Positions 41,852 to 55,505 are shown, counted from the first letter of the stretch. The stretch is 64,000 bases of DNA from an uncultured Nitrososphaerales archaeon (GCA_963695855.1 CAVOHZ010000002.1:1-64000), one strand, 5' to 3'. Numbers and translations are program-made. Notes: a model not told the origin generated them from the sequence alone.

Positions 41852-43465
41852 TTGTCATTTGAGGTCAAATATAATGACCTAGCAGGACGAATAGGGAAGC
41901 TTGAAACTGCACATGGAACTTTAGAAACACCCGTATTTATACCAGTAATTCACCCTATTAAACAAATAGTAGACATAGAATTTTTTAAAAAATTAGGATT
42001 TAAAGCAGTTATAACAAATGCATACATAGCCTTAAGATATTATGGAGATGAAGCACGAAAAAGAGGAATCCATAAAATAATCAATTTTGAAGACGTCGTA
42101 ATGACTGATTCAGGAGGTTACCAAGTATTAGAATACGGGGAAATCGAAGTTGAACCTACAGAAATGGCAGAATTCGAAATAGATATCGGAACAGATATTG
42201 CGGTACCGTTAGACAAACCCACTGGTTATGGGCTTCAATACAATAAGGCAGTAGAATATGTTAATAAAACAATAAAAAATGCTGGTGAAACTCTGGAAGT
42301 AATCAGGAGGAATAATATAAATCATCAAAAGAGAGCACAAGGTAAGCTTGATACTATTTGGGCAGGTCCTGTTCAAGGTGCAGAACACTTGGATTTGGTA
42401 AAAATGTCTGCATCAATATTTGATAAGATGGGTTTTAATCTCATGGCTTTGGGTAGTCCAGTTGAATTAATGGAAGCATATGATTTTGCTATGCTTTCTC
42501 AAATAATTTATAACTTGAAGAAAGTAATTCCTTTTAAACCCATACATCTTTTTGGAGCAGGACATCCATTAACTATACCGTTGGCTGTAGCACTTGGATG
42601 TGATATGTTTGATTCTGCATCCTACATATTGTATGCAAAAGAAAATAGATACTTATATTCATATGGTACAGCAAGATTAAATGAAATTACTTTTTTTCCT
42701 TGTTCGTGTTCAATATGTAATTCTTTTACTCCAAGAGAATTACTGAGTTTGGATGAAAAATCACGTACAATTGAATTAGCAAAACATAATCTATATGTCT
42801 TAAAAATGGAAGTAAATACCGTAAAACATGCCATCTTAGAAGGAAGATTATGGGAATATATTATGATTAAAGCTCACAGTCATCCAAAATTGATGGAAGC
42901 TGTTAGATCCTTAAAAAATTTTGATAATTTAGATCATGGTACACCAATGTTCAAGGAAAAAGCGATCTATTTTAACGAACCTTATGATCAATATAGACCC
43001 GAAGCAAAAAGATTTAGAGAGATGGTAGCAAAATATGAACTCAGGGAAAAATCTAAAATATTATTATATCCTGAAGCAAAAATACATCCATTTTATACTT
43101 CAAAGACATTCAATCGAATAAAAAATAAATTCAGCGAAATTGAAATTTTTTCCTATAATCCATATTTGGGAATTATTCCAGCAGAATTATCGGATATCTT
43201 TCCTGCATCACATAATCTTATTTCTTATGAATCTGATTCAGAAAATCTTGCGAACGAATATCCTACTTTTGTTAATTCTTTAGTGAAATTTTTACAGAAA
43301 AATAAAGATAAGGTAATAATAATAGTGGCCAATAATTTTATGAATCAAGTTATTTCTTTTGTTCATGAATATAAAGATACAAAAACGAAAAGCAATGTCA
43401 AAATTTTGAATTATGATGAGCATGTAGGTTGCAAAGGATTAGAAAAATATTTAAAGTCGGATTAA
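41852..43465 (+). CDS. tgtA: tRNA-guanine(15) transglycosylase (archaeosine)
   Basis: TDSGGYQ, HLFGAGHP, DMFDSA and CSCSIC motifs. Confidence 0.93.
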   Translation: MSFEVKYNDLAGRIGKLETAHGTLETPVFIPVIHPIKQIVDIEFFKKLGFKAVITNAYIALRYYGDEARKRGIHKIINFEDVVMTDSGGYQVLEYGEIEVEPTEMAEFEIDIGTDIAVPLDKPTGYGLQYNKAVEYVNKTIKNAGETLEVIRRNNINHQKRAQGKLDTIWAGPVQGAEHLDLVKMSASIFDKMGFNLMALGSPVELMEAYDFAMLSQIIYNLKKVIPFKPIHLFGAGHPLTIPLAVALGCDMFDSASYILYAKENRYLYSYGTARLNEITFFPCSCSICNSFTPRELLSLDEKSRTIELAKHNLYVLKMEVNTVKHAILEGRLWEYIMIKAHSHPKLMEAVRSLKNFDNLDHGTPMFKEKAIYFNEPYDQYRPEAKRFREMVAKYELREKSKILLYPEAKIHPFYTSKTFNRIKNKFSEIEIFSYNPYLGIIPAELSDIFPASHNLISYESDSENLANEYPTFVNSLVKFLQKNKDKVIIIVANNFMNQVISFVHEYKDTKTKSNVKILNYDEHVGCKGLEKYLKSD

Positions 43466-43466
43466 A

Positions 43467-44078
43467 TTAATTTAAACTCTTAATATACGGTAAAAAACTA
43501 AATTTAGTTTTTTCATATTCAGTTATACTTGAATCTAATTGTAATGTTAATCCAATTTCATCTACTCCCTCCATTAACATCTTTTTTTTAGAGAAATCTA
43601 TTTGGAATTTGAAGGTTATAGGATTATTGTGTTCCAAAAATACTACTTGAGTATCAAGATTGATCTTTAACGAGAGATCTTCATTTTTGAAAAGATAGTC
43701 AATTTCTTCTTTTGATAAAACTATTGGTAATATGCCGTTTTTAATACAATTACTATAAAAGATATCTGCAAATGAAGAAGAAATAATAGCCTTGAAACCA
43801 TAATCAGAAAGAGCCCAAACTGCATGTTCTCTAGAACTTCCACTACCAAAATTATCTAATGTAAGAAGAATACTACGATCTAAATATTTCAATTTATTTA
43901 ATACGAAATCCTCTTTCGTTTTACCATCTTTATCATAACGCCAGTCATTGAAAAGATATTTTCCAAACCCTGTTTTCTGAGTTAATTTAAGGAATTGTTT
44001 AGGAATTATTTGATCTGTATCAACATTAGCAAAATGAAATGGAATAAATTTACTTTCGAAATTATCAAATGGTTGCAT
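43467..44078 (-). CDS. leuD: 3-isopropylmalate dehydratase small subunit
   Basis: NVDTDQIIP and NFGSGSSREHA motifs. Confidence 0.95.
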   Translation of the reverse strand: MQPFDNFESKFIPFHFANVDTDQIIPKQFLKLTQKTGFGKYLFNDWRYDKDGKTKEDFVLNKLKYLDRSILLTLDNFGSGSSREHAVWALSDYGFKAIISSSFADIFYSNCIKNGILPIVLSKEEIDYLFKNEDLSLKINLDTQVVFLEHNNPITFKFQIDFSKKKMLMEGVDEIGLTLQLDSSITEYEKTKFSFLPYIKSLN

Positions 44079-44107
44079 AGCAATAATCTCTTTTTAAAGT
44101 TGGATAT

Positions 44108-45544
44108 TTATATTAACTCACGTACATCAACAAAATGACCCTCTATGGCTGCAGCTGCCGCCATGATTGGACTTACTAGATGAGTTCTACCGCCTACGCC
44201 TTGTCTTCCTTCAAAATTGCGATTTGAGGTACTAGCACATCTTTCTCCAGGTGCTAATATATCAGGATTCATTCCAAGACACATACTGCATCCAGAATCT
44301 CTCCATTCAAAACCAGATTCTTTGAAAATTTTGTCTAGTCCTCGTTTTTCTGCCTCTAATTTTACGGATTGGGATCCCGGTACAACTAATGCATGAACAT
44401 TTTGTGATACTTTTTTACCTTTTACTACCATGGAAGCCTCTATGAGATCTTCTATTCTTGAGTTTGTACAAGAGCCTATGAACACACGATCAATATGAAT
44501 ATCAATAATTGGAATTCCAGGCTTCAATTCCATATATTTTAGTGCACGAATGGCAGCATTTTTTTCATCTTCATTTCCTTTAGCAAATTCTTCTGGGCTT
44601 GGGACTACATCGGTTACATCTACAGTCATAGCAGGATTAGTACCCCAACTTACCTGAGGGGCAATATTGTTAATATCTACATCTATACTCCTATCAAAGA
44701 TAGCATTATCATCGGTTCTAAGATTATTTTTCCAATAATCGACCATCTTTTCATAATCTTCACCTCTTGGTGAATATTCTCTATCGCGAAGGTAATCAAA
44801 TGTTGTATTATCAGGAGCAATTAATCCTGCTCTCGCGCCAGCCTCAATTGACATGTTACAAATCGTCATCCTTTGTTCCATAGAAAGTTTTTTTATGATC
44901 TGTCCTCGATATTCAAAAACTGTACCCATTCCTCCACCAATACCAATTTTACGTATAAGAGAAAGTATAATGTCTTTTGCTGATATCGCATGTAAATATC
45001 TCGGTTTTCCGATAAAGTTAATTGCAGTTATCTTGGGTTTAGTCAACCATAAACACTGAGTTGCTAGGACATGTTCTACTTCACTTGTACCTATTCCAAA
45101 TGCAAAAGCACCAAAAGCACCATGTGTGGAAGTATGGCTATCGCCACAAACTATAGTAGTGCCTGGTAAAGTAATACCAAGTTCTGGCCCAATAACATGA
45201 ACAATACCTTGATAAGGATGATTCAGATCAAATAATTTTATTCCAAATTCTTGACAATTTTCTGCCAATGTTCTTATTTGGTTTGCAGAAATTTGGTCAA
45301 CAATTGGAAGATTTCTATTAGTTGTTGGTACATTGTGATCCATAGTGGCAAAAGTCAGATCACGACGTCGAACCTTCCTTCTACTAGAACGTAATCCATC
45401 AAATGCTTGAGGAGACGTAACTTCATGAATCAAGTGACGATCTATATATAACAAATGAGAACCAGGATTGATTGATCCATTATCTTTTGAAATAGGATAT
45501 ACTATATGATTTTCCCAAATTTTTTCAAATAAAGTACGAGACAT
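44108..45544 (-). CDS. leuC: 3-isopropylmalate dehydratase large subunit
   Basis: [23 protein letters not shown] and NRNFEGRQG motifs. Confidence 0.96.
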   Translation of the reverse strand: MSRTLFEKIWENHIVYPISKDNGSINPGSHLLYIDRHLIHEVTSPQAFDGLRSSRRKVRRRDLTFATMDHNVPTTNRNLPIVDQISANQIRTLAENCQEFGIKLFDLNHPYQGIVHVIGPELGITLPGTTIVCGDSHTSTHGAFGAFAFGIGTSEVEHVLATQCLWLTKPKITAINFIGKPRYLHAISAKDIILSLIRKIGIGGGMGTVFEYRGQIIKKLSMEQRMTICNMSIEAGARAGLIAPDNTTFDYLRDREYSPRGEDYEKMVDYWKNNLRTDDNAIFDRSIDVDINNIAPQVSWGTNPAMTVDVTDVVPSPEEFAKGNEDEKNAAIRALKYMELKPGIPIIDIHIDRVFIGSCTNSRIEDLIEASMVVKGKKVSQNVHALVVPGSQSVKLEAEKRGLDKIFKESGFEWRDSGCSMCLGMNPDILAPGERCASTSNRNFEGRQGVGGRTHLVSPIMAAAAAIEGHFVDVRELI

Positions 45545-45638
45545 ATATACATTTGATATATCGAAGGAATATAATCATATATAGTATAATAATATCTAAA
45601 GAATGAAAAAATACTTATTAGTAATAATTTGACTATTC

Positions 45639-46307
45639 TTGATTAATATGCATTTACAAGATAATAGATATTCAGAGCAGATTGCAGAACAGATAAAGAA
45701 AGGAACTACTACATGTGCAATTTCCTGTACGGATGGTGTTGTACTTGCTGCTGATACTAGAGCCAGTGCAGGATTATTTATAGCAGACAGAAACGTTATG
45801 AAAATCCAAAAAGTGGATACTCATTTGGGTATGACCATTGCTGGGGGAGTGGCAGATGCACAAAACCTTGTAGATACAATGAGATATAATGCTAATATTT
45901 ACAGAATTTCTAATAAAAGAGTTATTCCTGTACATTCTGCAGCCAGATTATGTTCTAATATTTTGTTTAACCAGCGCTATTTCCCATACTACGTTCAGAT
46001 TATTATGGCAGGTTATCAGGGTTCTGGTTTTGGTCAGATTTATAATATTGATTTATTCGGATCACTTACTGAAGAGAAATTTATTTCTACAGGCAGTGGT
46101 TCACCAGTAGCTTATGGTTATTTAGAATCCGAATTCAAAGAAAATATGGCTGTAAAAGATGCGTATAAGCTTGCATTACAGGCAATAGCAGCAGCTATAA
46201 GAAGGAATGCAGGCACTGGTGATGGAATTAATGTCGTAATAATAGATAAGAATGGATATAGAGAGTTATCAAAAGAAGAGAAGGATTCTGTTGGAGCAAT
46301 ATATTAA
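45639..46307 (+). CDS. psmB: Proteasome beta subunit
   Basis: Propeptide followed by KG/TTT, AADTRA and TGSGS. Confidence 0.93.
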   Translation: MINMHLQDNRYSEQIAEQIKKGTTTCAISCTDGVVLAADTRASAGLFIADRNVMKIQKVDTHLGMTIAGGVADAQNLVDTMRYNANIYRISNKRVIPVHSAARLCSNILFNQRYFPYYVQIIMAGYQGSGFGQIYNIDLFGSLTEEKFISTGSGSPVAYGYLESEFKENMAVKDAYKLALQAIAAAIRRNAGTGDGINVVIIDKNGYRELSKEEKDSVGAIY

Positions 46308-46462
46308 AATTTAAACTATTGATAGTTTATAAAAATACCTCTTTCTAATTCCTAATTGGTTCAAATACTTGGGAGTATAGTATAATCTAAGATCAAGAAA
46401 ATTCAAATACAGATACATACTTTTGGTGATTTTGATCATTATTCAAATAGAATACTCATATG

Positions 46463-46594
46463 CCATGAAATTTACCGTATTATGGACAAAAACTTCCATG
46501 AAATTTACCGTATTATGGACAAAAACTTCCATGAAATTTACCGTATTATGGACAAAAACTTCCATGAAATTTACCGTATTATGGACAAAAACTT
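46463..46594. repeat. Intergenic tandem repeat, 4 x 33 bp, perfect
   Basis: CCATGAAATTTACCGTATTATGGACAAAAACTT x4 with no spacers. Confidence 0.95.
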
Positions 46595-46615
46595 CAATTA
46601 ATTTCACTGTTAATA

Positions 46616-47893
46616 TTATTGTCCTTTAAATTTCATTATACTAGTTCCACCCATATAGTTTTGTAAAATGTCTGGAATAGTTATACCATTCGGGTTTTGA
46701 TAATTTTCTAACAAGGATACCAATGTTCTTTGGGTAGCAACTAAAGTACTATTCAATGTATGAACTAACTTAGTTTCTTCATTTGTTTTATCCCTAAACC
46801 TAATTCCTAGCCTTCTAGCCTGATAATCAGTACAATTTGAACATGATACTATTTCTCGATATTTTTCTTGTGCAGGCATCCAGGCCTCTATATCATATGT
46901 TTTGGCAGAAATATTACCTAAATCAGATGAACATAACAACATCACTCTATAAGGTATCTCAAGTTTTTTGTAAAATTCTTCCGTAATCCTTAACATACGT
47001 TCGTGTTCCTCCCATGAATTTTCGGGACGAGAAAATACAAATTGTTCTACCTTCTCAAAATGATGTACTCTAAAAATTCCTTTCATATCCTTTCCATGTG
47101 CTCCCGCCTCTTTTCTAAAACATGGACTAATTGCTGCGTATCTAATAGGTAATTTTGAACCTTCTAAGATTTCATTCATATGCATGGAAACCATAGCGTG
47201 TTCAGATGTACCAATCATAAACAGATCCTCATCTTCTATCTTGTATATTACATCTTTAAAATCTCCTAAAATTACAGCTCCTTCCATACAATTTTTTCTA
47301 ATCATGTAAGGTGGTTGTAATAATGTATATCCTTTATCATGTAGAAAATCTAATGCAAAACTAATTAATGCTTGGTTTAGTCTTACTAATTCATTTTTTA
47401 AAAAATAAAATCTAGCTCCAGATATTTTAGCAGCCCTCTCAATATCAATCAAGTCCAAGTCAATTCCGATATCTATATGATCCTTTATAGTGTAACTAAA
47501 TTTGTTAATAGTTCCATACTCTCTTACGACGATATTATCACTTTCGGAGTTCCCAATAGGTACAGATTCATGAAAAAAATTAGGAAGTAATCTAATGTAA
47601 CTTTTAAATTTTGAATCAACAGTTGCTATTTCTTCTTCAAGAAGTTTAATTCTATCTCCAATTTCATCCATCAGTTTGATCTCAGAGAAGATTGCTTGAT
47701 CATTCTTTTTTTTTGTAGCTATTATTTTGGCAATATTATTTTTTTTATGTCGTTCGTCTTGCAATTTTGTTAATAATTTACGACGTTTAGTATCTTCTTC
47801 AATTAGTTCTTCGAGTGGAAATTTTATATTTCTTTTTTTGAGCATGTCATTTATTCTGTTTATATCGTTTTTTAGAATTTTAGCATCAATCAT
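46616..47893 (-). CDS. serS: Seryl-tRNA synthetase
   Basis: GTSEH, FRKEAG, EIVSCSNCTDYQARR and HTLN motifs. Confidence 0.96.
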   Translation of the reverse strand: MIDAKILKNDINRINDMLKKRNIKFPLEELIEEDTKRRKLLTKLQDERHKKNNIAKIIATKKKNDQAIFSEIKLMDEIGDRIKLLEEEIATVDSKFKSYIRLLPNFFHESVPIGNSESDNIVVREYGTINKFSYTIKDHIDIGIDLDLIDIERAAKISGARFYFLKNELVRLNQALISFALDFLHDKGYTLLQPPYMIRKNCMEGAVILGDFKDVIYKIEDEDLFMIGTSEHAMVSMHMNEILEGSKLPIRYAAISPCFRKEAGAHGKDMKGIFRVHHFEKVEQFVFSRPENSWEEHERMLRITEEFYKKLEIPYRVMLLCSSDLGNISAKTYDIEAWMPAQEKYREIVSCSNCTDYQARRLGIRFRDKTNEETKLVHTLNSTLVATQRTLVSLLENYQNPNGITIPDILQNYMGGTSIMKFKGQ

Positions 47894-48149
47894 GATCTAT
47901 CACTTTTTTCGCAATTTTTATATGGTGCAATAATTCATCAATAGTATTTATTAATGTACTAATATTCGTAGATGATATATCGATAATTAATGATTTTTTA
48001 TTACTTGACATTTCTAAATAAAGTTCATTTGGAAAATTAATGTTATCTGGTAATAATGTTTTCATAATTACATCTCTTTCTTTATATGTTGAAAACTTTA
48101 CTTCAATATTAACTGATATTTTAAATACATTTTTATTCTGTATTTTCAT
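47886..48149 (-). CDS. KEOPS complex subunit Pcc1-like
   Basis: L.PDN motif, size and position in the rps15-DHH-pcc1-serS operon. Confidence 0.7.
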   Translation of the reverse strand: MKIQNKNVFKISVNIEVKFSTYKERDVIMKTLLPDNINFPNELYLEMSSNKKSLIIDISSTNISTLINTIDELLHHIKIAKKVIDHD

Positions 48150-49572
48150 TTTCCGATATTCTTTTTCTAATAACGGATGAAAATTCTTCAGTCTTAGAAT
48201 AAGGAACATTAACAATAATGTCACCATTTAGATTCTTTTCAATCCGATAGTCATGTTTTAGATATTCTTGTAATATCGATGTTAATTCTTTTTTTGTCCG
48301 ATATTCTATACCTTTCCTGACATAAAAATTGTAGCTATTGTCATTTGATAATGTTCTTAAAAGTAGTAACTTTGTCTTGAAAGAAATTGATTCGCTTAAT
48401 ATTATGGAAATCTCATTTATTATTCCTTCATTTAAAATCCCTTCACCATTAACAAAAACAGTAGAATCATTATCTAATAAGCGCCATTTTTCTCTGAATA
48501 TTTTTTCAAGAGAATTCATAATATTTGTCTTGTAATCAAAAACTATTTTTTCAATTTCTGTCACTGTGTTGTTTCTTTCCCCCATACAAATTCCTATACC
48601 CAGTCCAATTTTTTCATACTTAATACATGAATTTAATGCAAATGCAAATTCCATCCCGTTTTTTAATATACTATTTTTGTCTTCATTTGGAAACTCAAAT
48701 ATGTATCCAATGAAACTATCAGATATATTTTCAATATTATCATTTTCTTTTTCATTTTTAGGATTGGATAGAAAAATGAATTTAGTAATCGCATCCAAAA
48801 TCATATTTTTTTCTTGATCTGAAATTTCTGCAAATGTTCTAAATTTTCCATTTCTATGTGTAACTATTCCAGTGTTTTTTAAAATTTTGTAAGAGTTCTC
48901 TTTATTCCAGGTAATTCCTTCAATATAAGGTGAAATATTATATGCTAATGCTTCATGTAGGGGTTTACAGTCAAGATTATTGAATATCAAGTCCGTTTTC
49001 ATATTCAATATTCCTATTGATGTTGCAATAGATGCTATTTCAGAATTTAATCCTATCAGAGATTTTTTTGGTCCTATGTTTTGTTTTTCTGCTAAAGCAG
49101 AAACAATTGCTAACATGGATAACCTTTTATTTCCTCTACCAATCCTTTCTGCAAGTAAAAATGTCAATCCACAGGATGTAATTTCTGCTTTTCCATCAAT
49201 TCCATATAAATAAGGATTTATTATTTTACCGTCGTACTCTTTTAAATCTTTAGGACATATATCATGATTTATGATCACAAATTTATTTTTCAATAAATTG
49301 TTTATCTTTGATATCTCTTTAAAACTAAAATCAATAAATATATTTAAATCATGATTTTCTATAACTATTCTTGAAATTAGATCAGAATCTAAATCATTTT
49401 CCAACCGTAATGTAATCCTTGCATCTAATTTTAATAACACTGATGAAATAAGACTACCTGCAGCTAGTCCGTCAGAACTCTTTCTAGCAATAATAATTAT
49501 GTCCTTATCAATATTTTTGTTTATTTTCTCTACAAAAAGATTAAGAATTGTTTCGAATTCTTTTGTAACCAT
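48133..49572 (-). CDS. RecJ/DHH-family protein with degenerate catalytic motifs
   Basis: SDGLAAG, INP..YGIDG..EITS and AIVSALAE motifs; standard position after rps15. Confidence 0.75.
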   Translation of the reverse strand: MVTKEFETILNLFVEKINKNIDKDIIIIARKSSDGLAAGSLISSVLLKLDARITLRLENDLDSDLISRIVIENHDLNIFIDFSFKEISKINNLLKNKFVIINHDICPKDLKEYDGKIINPYLYGIDGKAEITSCGLTFLLAERIGRGNKRLSMLAIVSALAEKQNIGPKKSLIGLNSEIASIATSIGILNMKTDLIFNNLDCKPLHEALAYNISPYIEGITWNKENSYKILKNTGIVTHRNGKFRTFAEISDQEKNMILDAITKFIFLSNPKNEKENDNIENISDSFIGYIFEFPNEDKNSILKNGMEFAFALNSCIKYEKIGLGIGICMGERNNTVTEIEKIVFDYKTNIMNSLEKIFREKWRLLDNDSTVFVNGEGILNEGIINEISIILSESISFKTKLLLLRTLSNDNSYNFYVRKGIEYRTKKELTSILQEYLKHDYRIEKNLNGDIIVNVPYSKTEEFSSVIRKRISENENTE

Positions 49573-49578
49573 TATTGT

Positions 49579-50028
49579 TTATTCTAGCTGTGCAATAACT
49601 GCAGAATATTTCCAAGTTGTTGGTATTTTTCCGCTATTCTTGTAATATTTTGAAATTCTGTGAATTTTTGATTCAATTAATTCAAGAGATTGTACATTTC
49701 TATGATCACTATTGTGAATTTTTAGATGTTTTTGAAGACCAAGCGCTTTTTGTACCAATTTATTCAGATCTTCTGGCATTGATTGTTCAATATTATTATC
49801 TTTGAGTACCTGAGTTACAGATTTACCAAGAATAGGTTTTACTAACGGTATTCCATATTCATCTCTAAGACGTAAACCAATCTCGCTAGGAGATAATCCA
49901 TCATTAGAAAATTTAATGATAATATCAGCTATTTCTTTGGGTTTTTGTACTATCCAGCTTGGTGCATCCTTTACTGCTGGTCTAATCGAATGAGACTTTC
50001 CATGAGTATGAGCATGAGTACGAGCCAT
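49579..50028 (-). CDS. rps15: 30S ribosomal protein S15 (uS15)
   Basis: HGKSHSIRP, IGLRLRDEYGIP and LIESKIHR motifs. Confidence 0.96.
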   Translation of the reverse strand: MARTHAHTHGKSHSIRPAVKDAPSWIVQKPKEIADIIIKFSNDGLSPSEIGLRLRDEYGIPLVKPILGKSVTQVLKDNNIEQSMPEDLNKLVQKALGLQKHLKIHNSDHRNVQSLELIESKIHRISKYYKNSGKIPTTWKYSAVIAQLE

Positions 50029-50122
50029 ATTGATACTTAATTTTTTTGTATATCTTAAATGTTACTTAAAATTTATATTCAATAGGCTAAAAGTTAAATA
50101 TTTGAATTTAGAATTGAAGAAT

Positions 50123-50449
50123 ATGATGAATAGACCATCTATCTTGGCAATGACTGCAGTAATATTATTGATGGGTACAGTGTTTACTTTAGTTGGAGTT
50201 CAGTCTGCCTTTGCACAAGGTTACGGACAAGCCCCTGGAGGTTCTTCTCTCGAGGAGCAATTAAATTTAGCAAAAGCAAAGGTTTCCAGTGCTCAATCAC
50301 AGGGTGCATATGGTTCAGGTGTTTCAATGCTTAGTGCCGGTGTAAATCAAACAGCTCTCTTCATTGGTATTCTTGTAGCAATCTTTGGTGCCGTTGCAGC
50401 AGCTTTCTTCATACTGAGTAGAAGTAGACCAAAACAACCAGCGACATAA
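50123..50449 (+). CDS. amoZ: Candidate ammonia monooxygenase subunit AmoZ
   Basis: Signal/TM, SLEEQL..AK.K...GAYGSG, then TM ...IFGAVAAAFF; divergent from rps15. Recognised from memory of AOA homologues. Confidence 0.6.
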   Translation: MMNRPSILAMTAVILLMGTVFTLVGVQSAFAQGYGQAPGGSSLEEQLNLAKAKVSSAQSQGAYGSGVSMLSAGVNQTALFIGILVAIFGAVAAAFFILSRSRPKQPAT

Positions 50450-50567
50450 CAACTCTAACCTTTTTTATTTTTTCAAATTGCAAAAAAACATCTGGTAAAT
50501 TTTCATATCTTGGATTATATTACAGAGAATAATTAAAACACCAAAATGTATATATCATAGACTTTGA

Positions 50568-50864
50568 TTGCTATATGATATGGTAGTAGGTGCTATCACC
50601 AATCTCAGTACAATGATTAGTAACAGCTTCGCAAGTCTTATTCAACAGATCGGTCCAAGCTATGATCCGCTGTTCTACGATGTTATGGTATACATTTTCG
50701 GGACAATATTGTTTGCTGTCTTCCTTCTTGGAGTAATTTCTTTCTGGCTTCGAAGAAAAGGACTTGGCGGTTCTTCTGCGAAAGAGAAATGGACTCAAGA
50801 ATTGGAAAAGTATTTTGAACGAGAACAGATTGGTCAAATACCAGACGAAAAACATCACTGGTAA
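50568..50864 (+). CDS. amoY: Candidate ammonia monooxygenase subunit AmoY (single-TM)
   Basis: Single TM followed by LRRKG; adjacent to the amoZ candidate and near amoA. Assignment rests largely on context. Confidence 0.5.
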   Translation: MLYDMVVGAITNLSTMISNSFASLIQQIGPSYDPLFYDVMVYIFGTILFAVFLLGVISFWLRRKGLGGSSAKEKWTQELEKYFEREQIGQIPDEKHHW

Positions 50865-50973
50865 AAAATCATTATGACGACGGTTTGTTATACAAAATAA
50901 ATCGTCTTTACTAATCTTATTTTAATTTTTTTTATTTGTAGTCATGATTATATAGAATGTGTTAACTTGAAAT

Positions 50974-51566
50974 TAATTTTATTAAAAAATGAAACTATAT
51001 TTTTTTGTTTTGATTGTTGTATTATATAAATGAATAAACAATCTAATCCGATTCTATACATGTCCTAGATCACATTTTCTGTTCTTGTTGCTAATACATG
51101 AATAGCAATCATGAAGGAGGTTCTATTTGAAATACTGCTTATTCGTTCTATCAGGGTCTTCTAAAGGAGAATATATTCTGTGTTTTGGGTATAAAAGTTC
51201 ATGCCTGGAGATAAGAAATTATAAAACTCTTTGCTACAAGCACGATTTTTCAAGTTCAATACAGTACAAGAAATCTATAGATATTAAGTAATATTTGATT
51301 ATTCTTTTATCTATTGTAAAGATTGAACTTATTATCATATAGATTTGAAAAGATCTAGATTGAATTTGAGATGTAACTTCTTTTGTTTTCATCTTTAGAA
51401 GATTTCAATGTCTTTTTTTTGAGACTGACAGAGAACAAGAAAGTAAATAAATACAGAGAAGAATACATCATCATCATCAATCGTATGTTCTGTTTCTATT
51501 CTAATGATCAAGGATTGTTAGAAAGAAATAGCACCTTATAGCTCAATAAATATCGTTAAACTAACA
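50974..51566 (-). mobile_element. Non-autonomous decayed IS6-derived element, copy 2
   Basis: Reverse complement of 33025..33605 with few differences, including an 18-bp indel between AGAT repeats. Confidence 0.75.
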
Positions 51567-51603
51567 AGTGCATCATATATAACAAGTAAAAAGTAATAAG
51601 ATA

Positions 51604-51708
51604 CTAAGCTTTTCCAGCCTCATCATCATCAATATTATCTATATCTTCAAATTCATCATATTCGCTTGCAAGGTCCTCTTCGAATTCATTTTCAAGATCA
51701 TTAGACAT
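51604..51708 (-). CDS. Tiny acidic peptide
   Basis: MSNDLENEFEEDLASEYDEFEDIDNIDDDEAGKA; the biased composition suggests coding. Confidence 0.35.
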   Translation of the reverse strand: MSNDLENEFEEDLASEYDEFEDIDNIDDDEAGKA

Positions 51709-51841
51709 AAAAATAATTGTACAACAAAAATAATATATTCTTTTATAAAAATTCTTATAGTATATATTTAAGTATATATTTAAATTTAAGTCTTGCATTA
51801 GATAATAATTTATAAGAAATTATATTCATTATTAATAAACT

Positions 51842-51994
51842 ATGGACGACAATAAAAAAAAGATAGAAAACAACGAAACAAGTTCATGCGAAAGTTGTGG
51901 AAATCATATAGAAATGTGTATGTGTGTTTGTCCATATTGTGGTGAAACAAGTTCATGCGAATGTTGTTTATTTGATGCAGCTACAGGCGAGTAA
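51842..51994 (+). CDS. Small Cys-rich metal-binding protein (50 aa)
   Basis: Read manually: ...CESCGNHIEMCMCVCPYCGETSSCECCLFDAATGE. Confidence 0.7.
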   Translation: MDDNKKKIENNETSSCESCGNHIEMCMCVCPYCGETSSCECCLFDAATGE

Positions 51995-52045
51995 TAAAAA
52001 TATTTTTTAAACTATTAATAGAAAGGCATACCAATTAAGTACTAA

Positions 52046-54953
<2,908 letters not shown>

Positions 54954-55044
54954 GTAAAGTGTTCGACAGACCTAAAATTTAAGACGAATAGTGCTATTAA
55001 TACTCTTGCAAATATGTATATAATCGGGTTGCAACTATCATAGG

Positions 55045-55180
55045 TTCCTGTACGATCTTTTACAAGATAAAGGTTATAACATAGAAGTAGCATGCATTAA
55101 ATTAATGGTCAAGGCATTAGGATATGCTAAAGTCAATAGAGAAAAGAAGTAGATGCTATAATAATAGCAGATGTACTGGG
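55045..55180 (+). pseudogene. IS110-family transposase scrap
   Basis: Across frameshifts it reads YDLLQDKGYNIEVA...VKALGYAKV...VDAIIIADVL, matching the K(T)DKxDA..IA motif region. Confidence 0.5.
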
Positions 55181-55505
55181 ATTGCATATGATGTCACAAT
55201 ATTATATTACCTTAAATAAAGAAGAAATTGAGATCTAGTCAGATGCATACTATTTTGTAAGCATACTAACGATGTTCAAAAACAATATAAACATCGATAT
55301 TCCAAGCTTTCGTACAATCAATATAATAATATTTATGAAACTATATTACCTGTCGTAAAAAAGACTAATTTCAAAACATATCAGATAACGATCGATAAAG
55401 ATAGACAATAGTTAACCTTCAGATATTCGGTTAATTATTAATATCTAATTGAGTATCTTTTAAAGATAAAAAATGCAAAAAATTAAAAGAAAAAATGAAG
55501 GATTT

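Noticed and set aside
46463-46594. Possible CRISPR array
   Set aside because: The 33-bp units are directly adjacent with no spacers, and there are no cas genes in the window.
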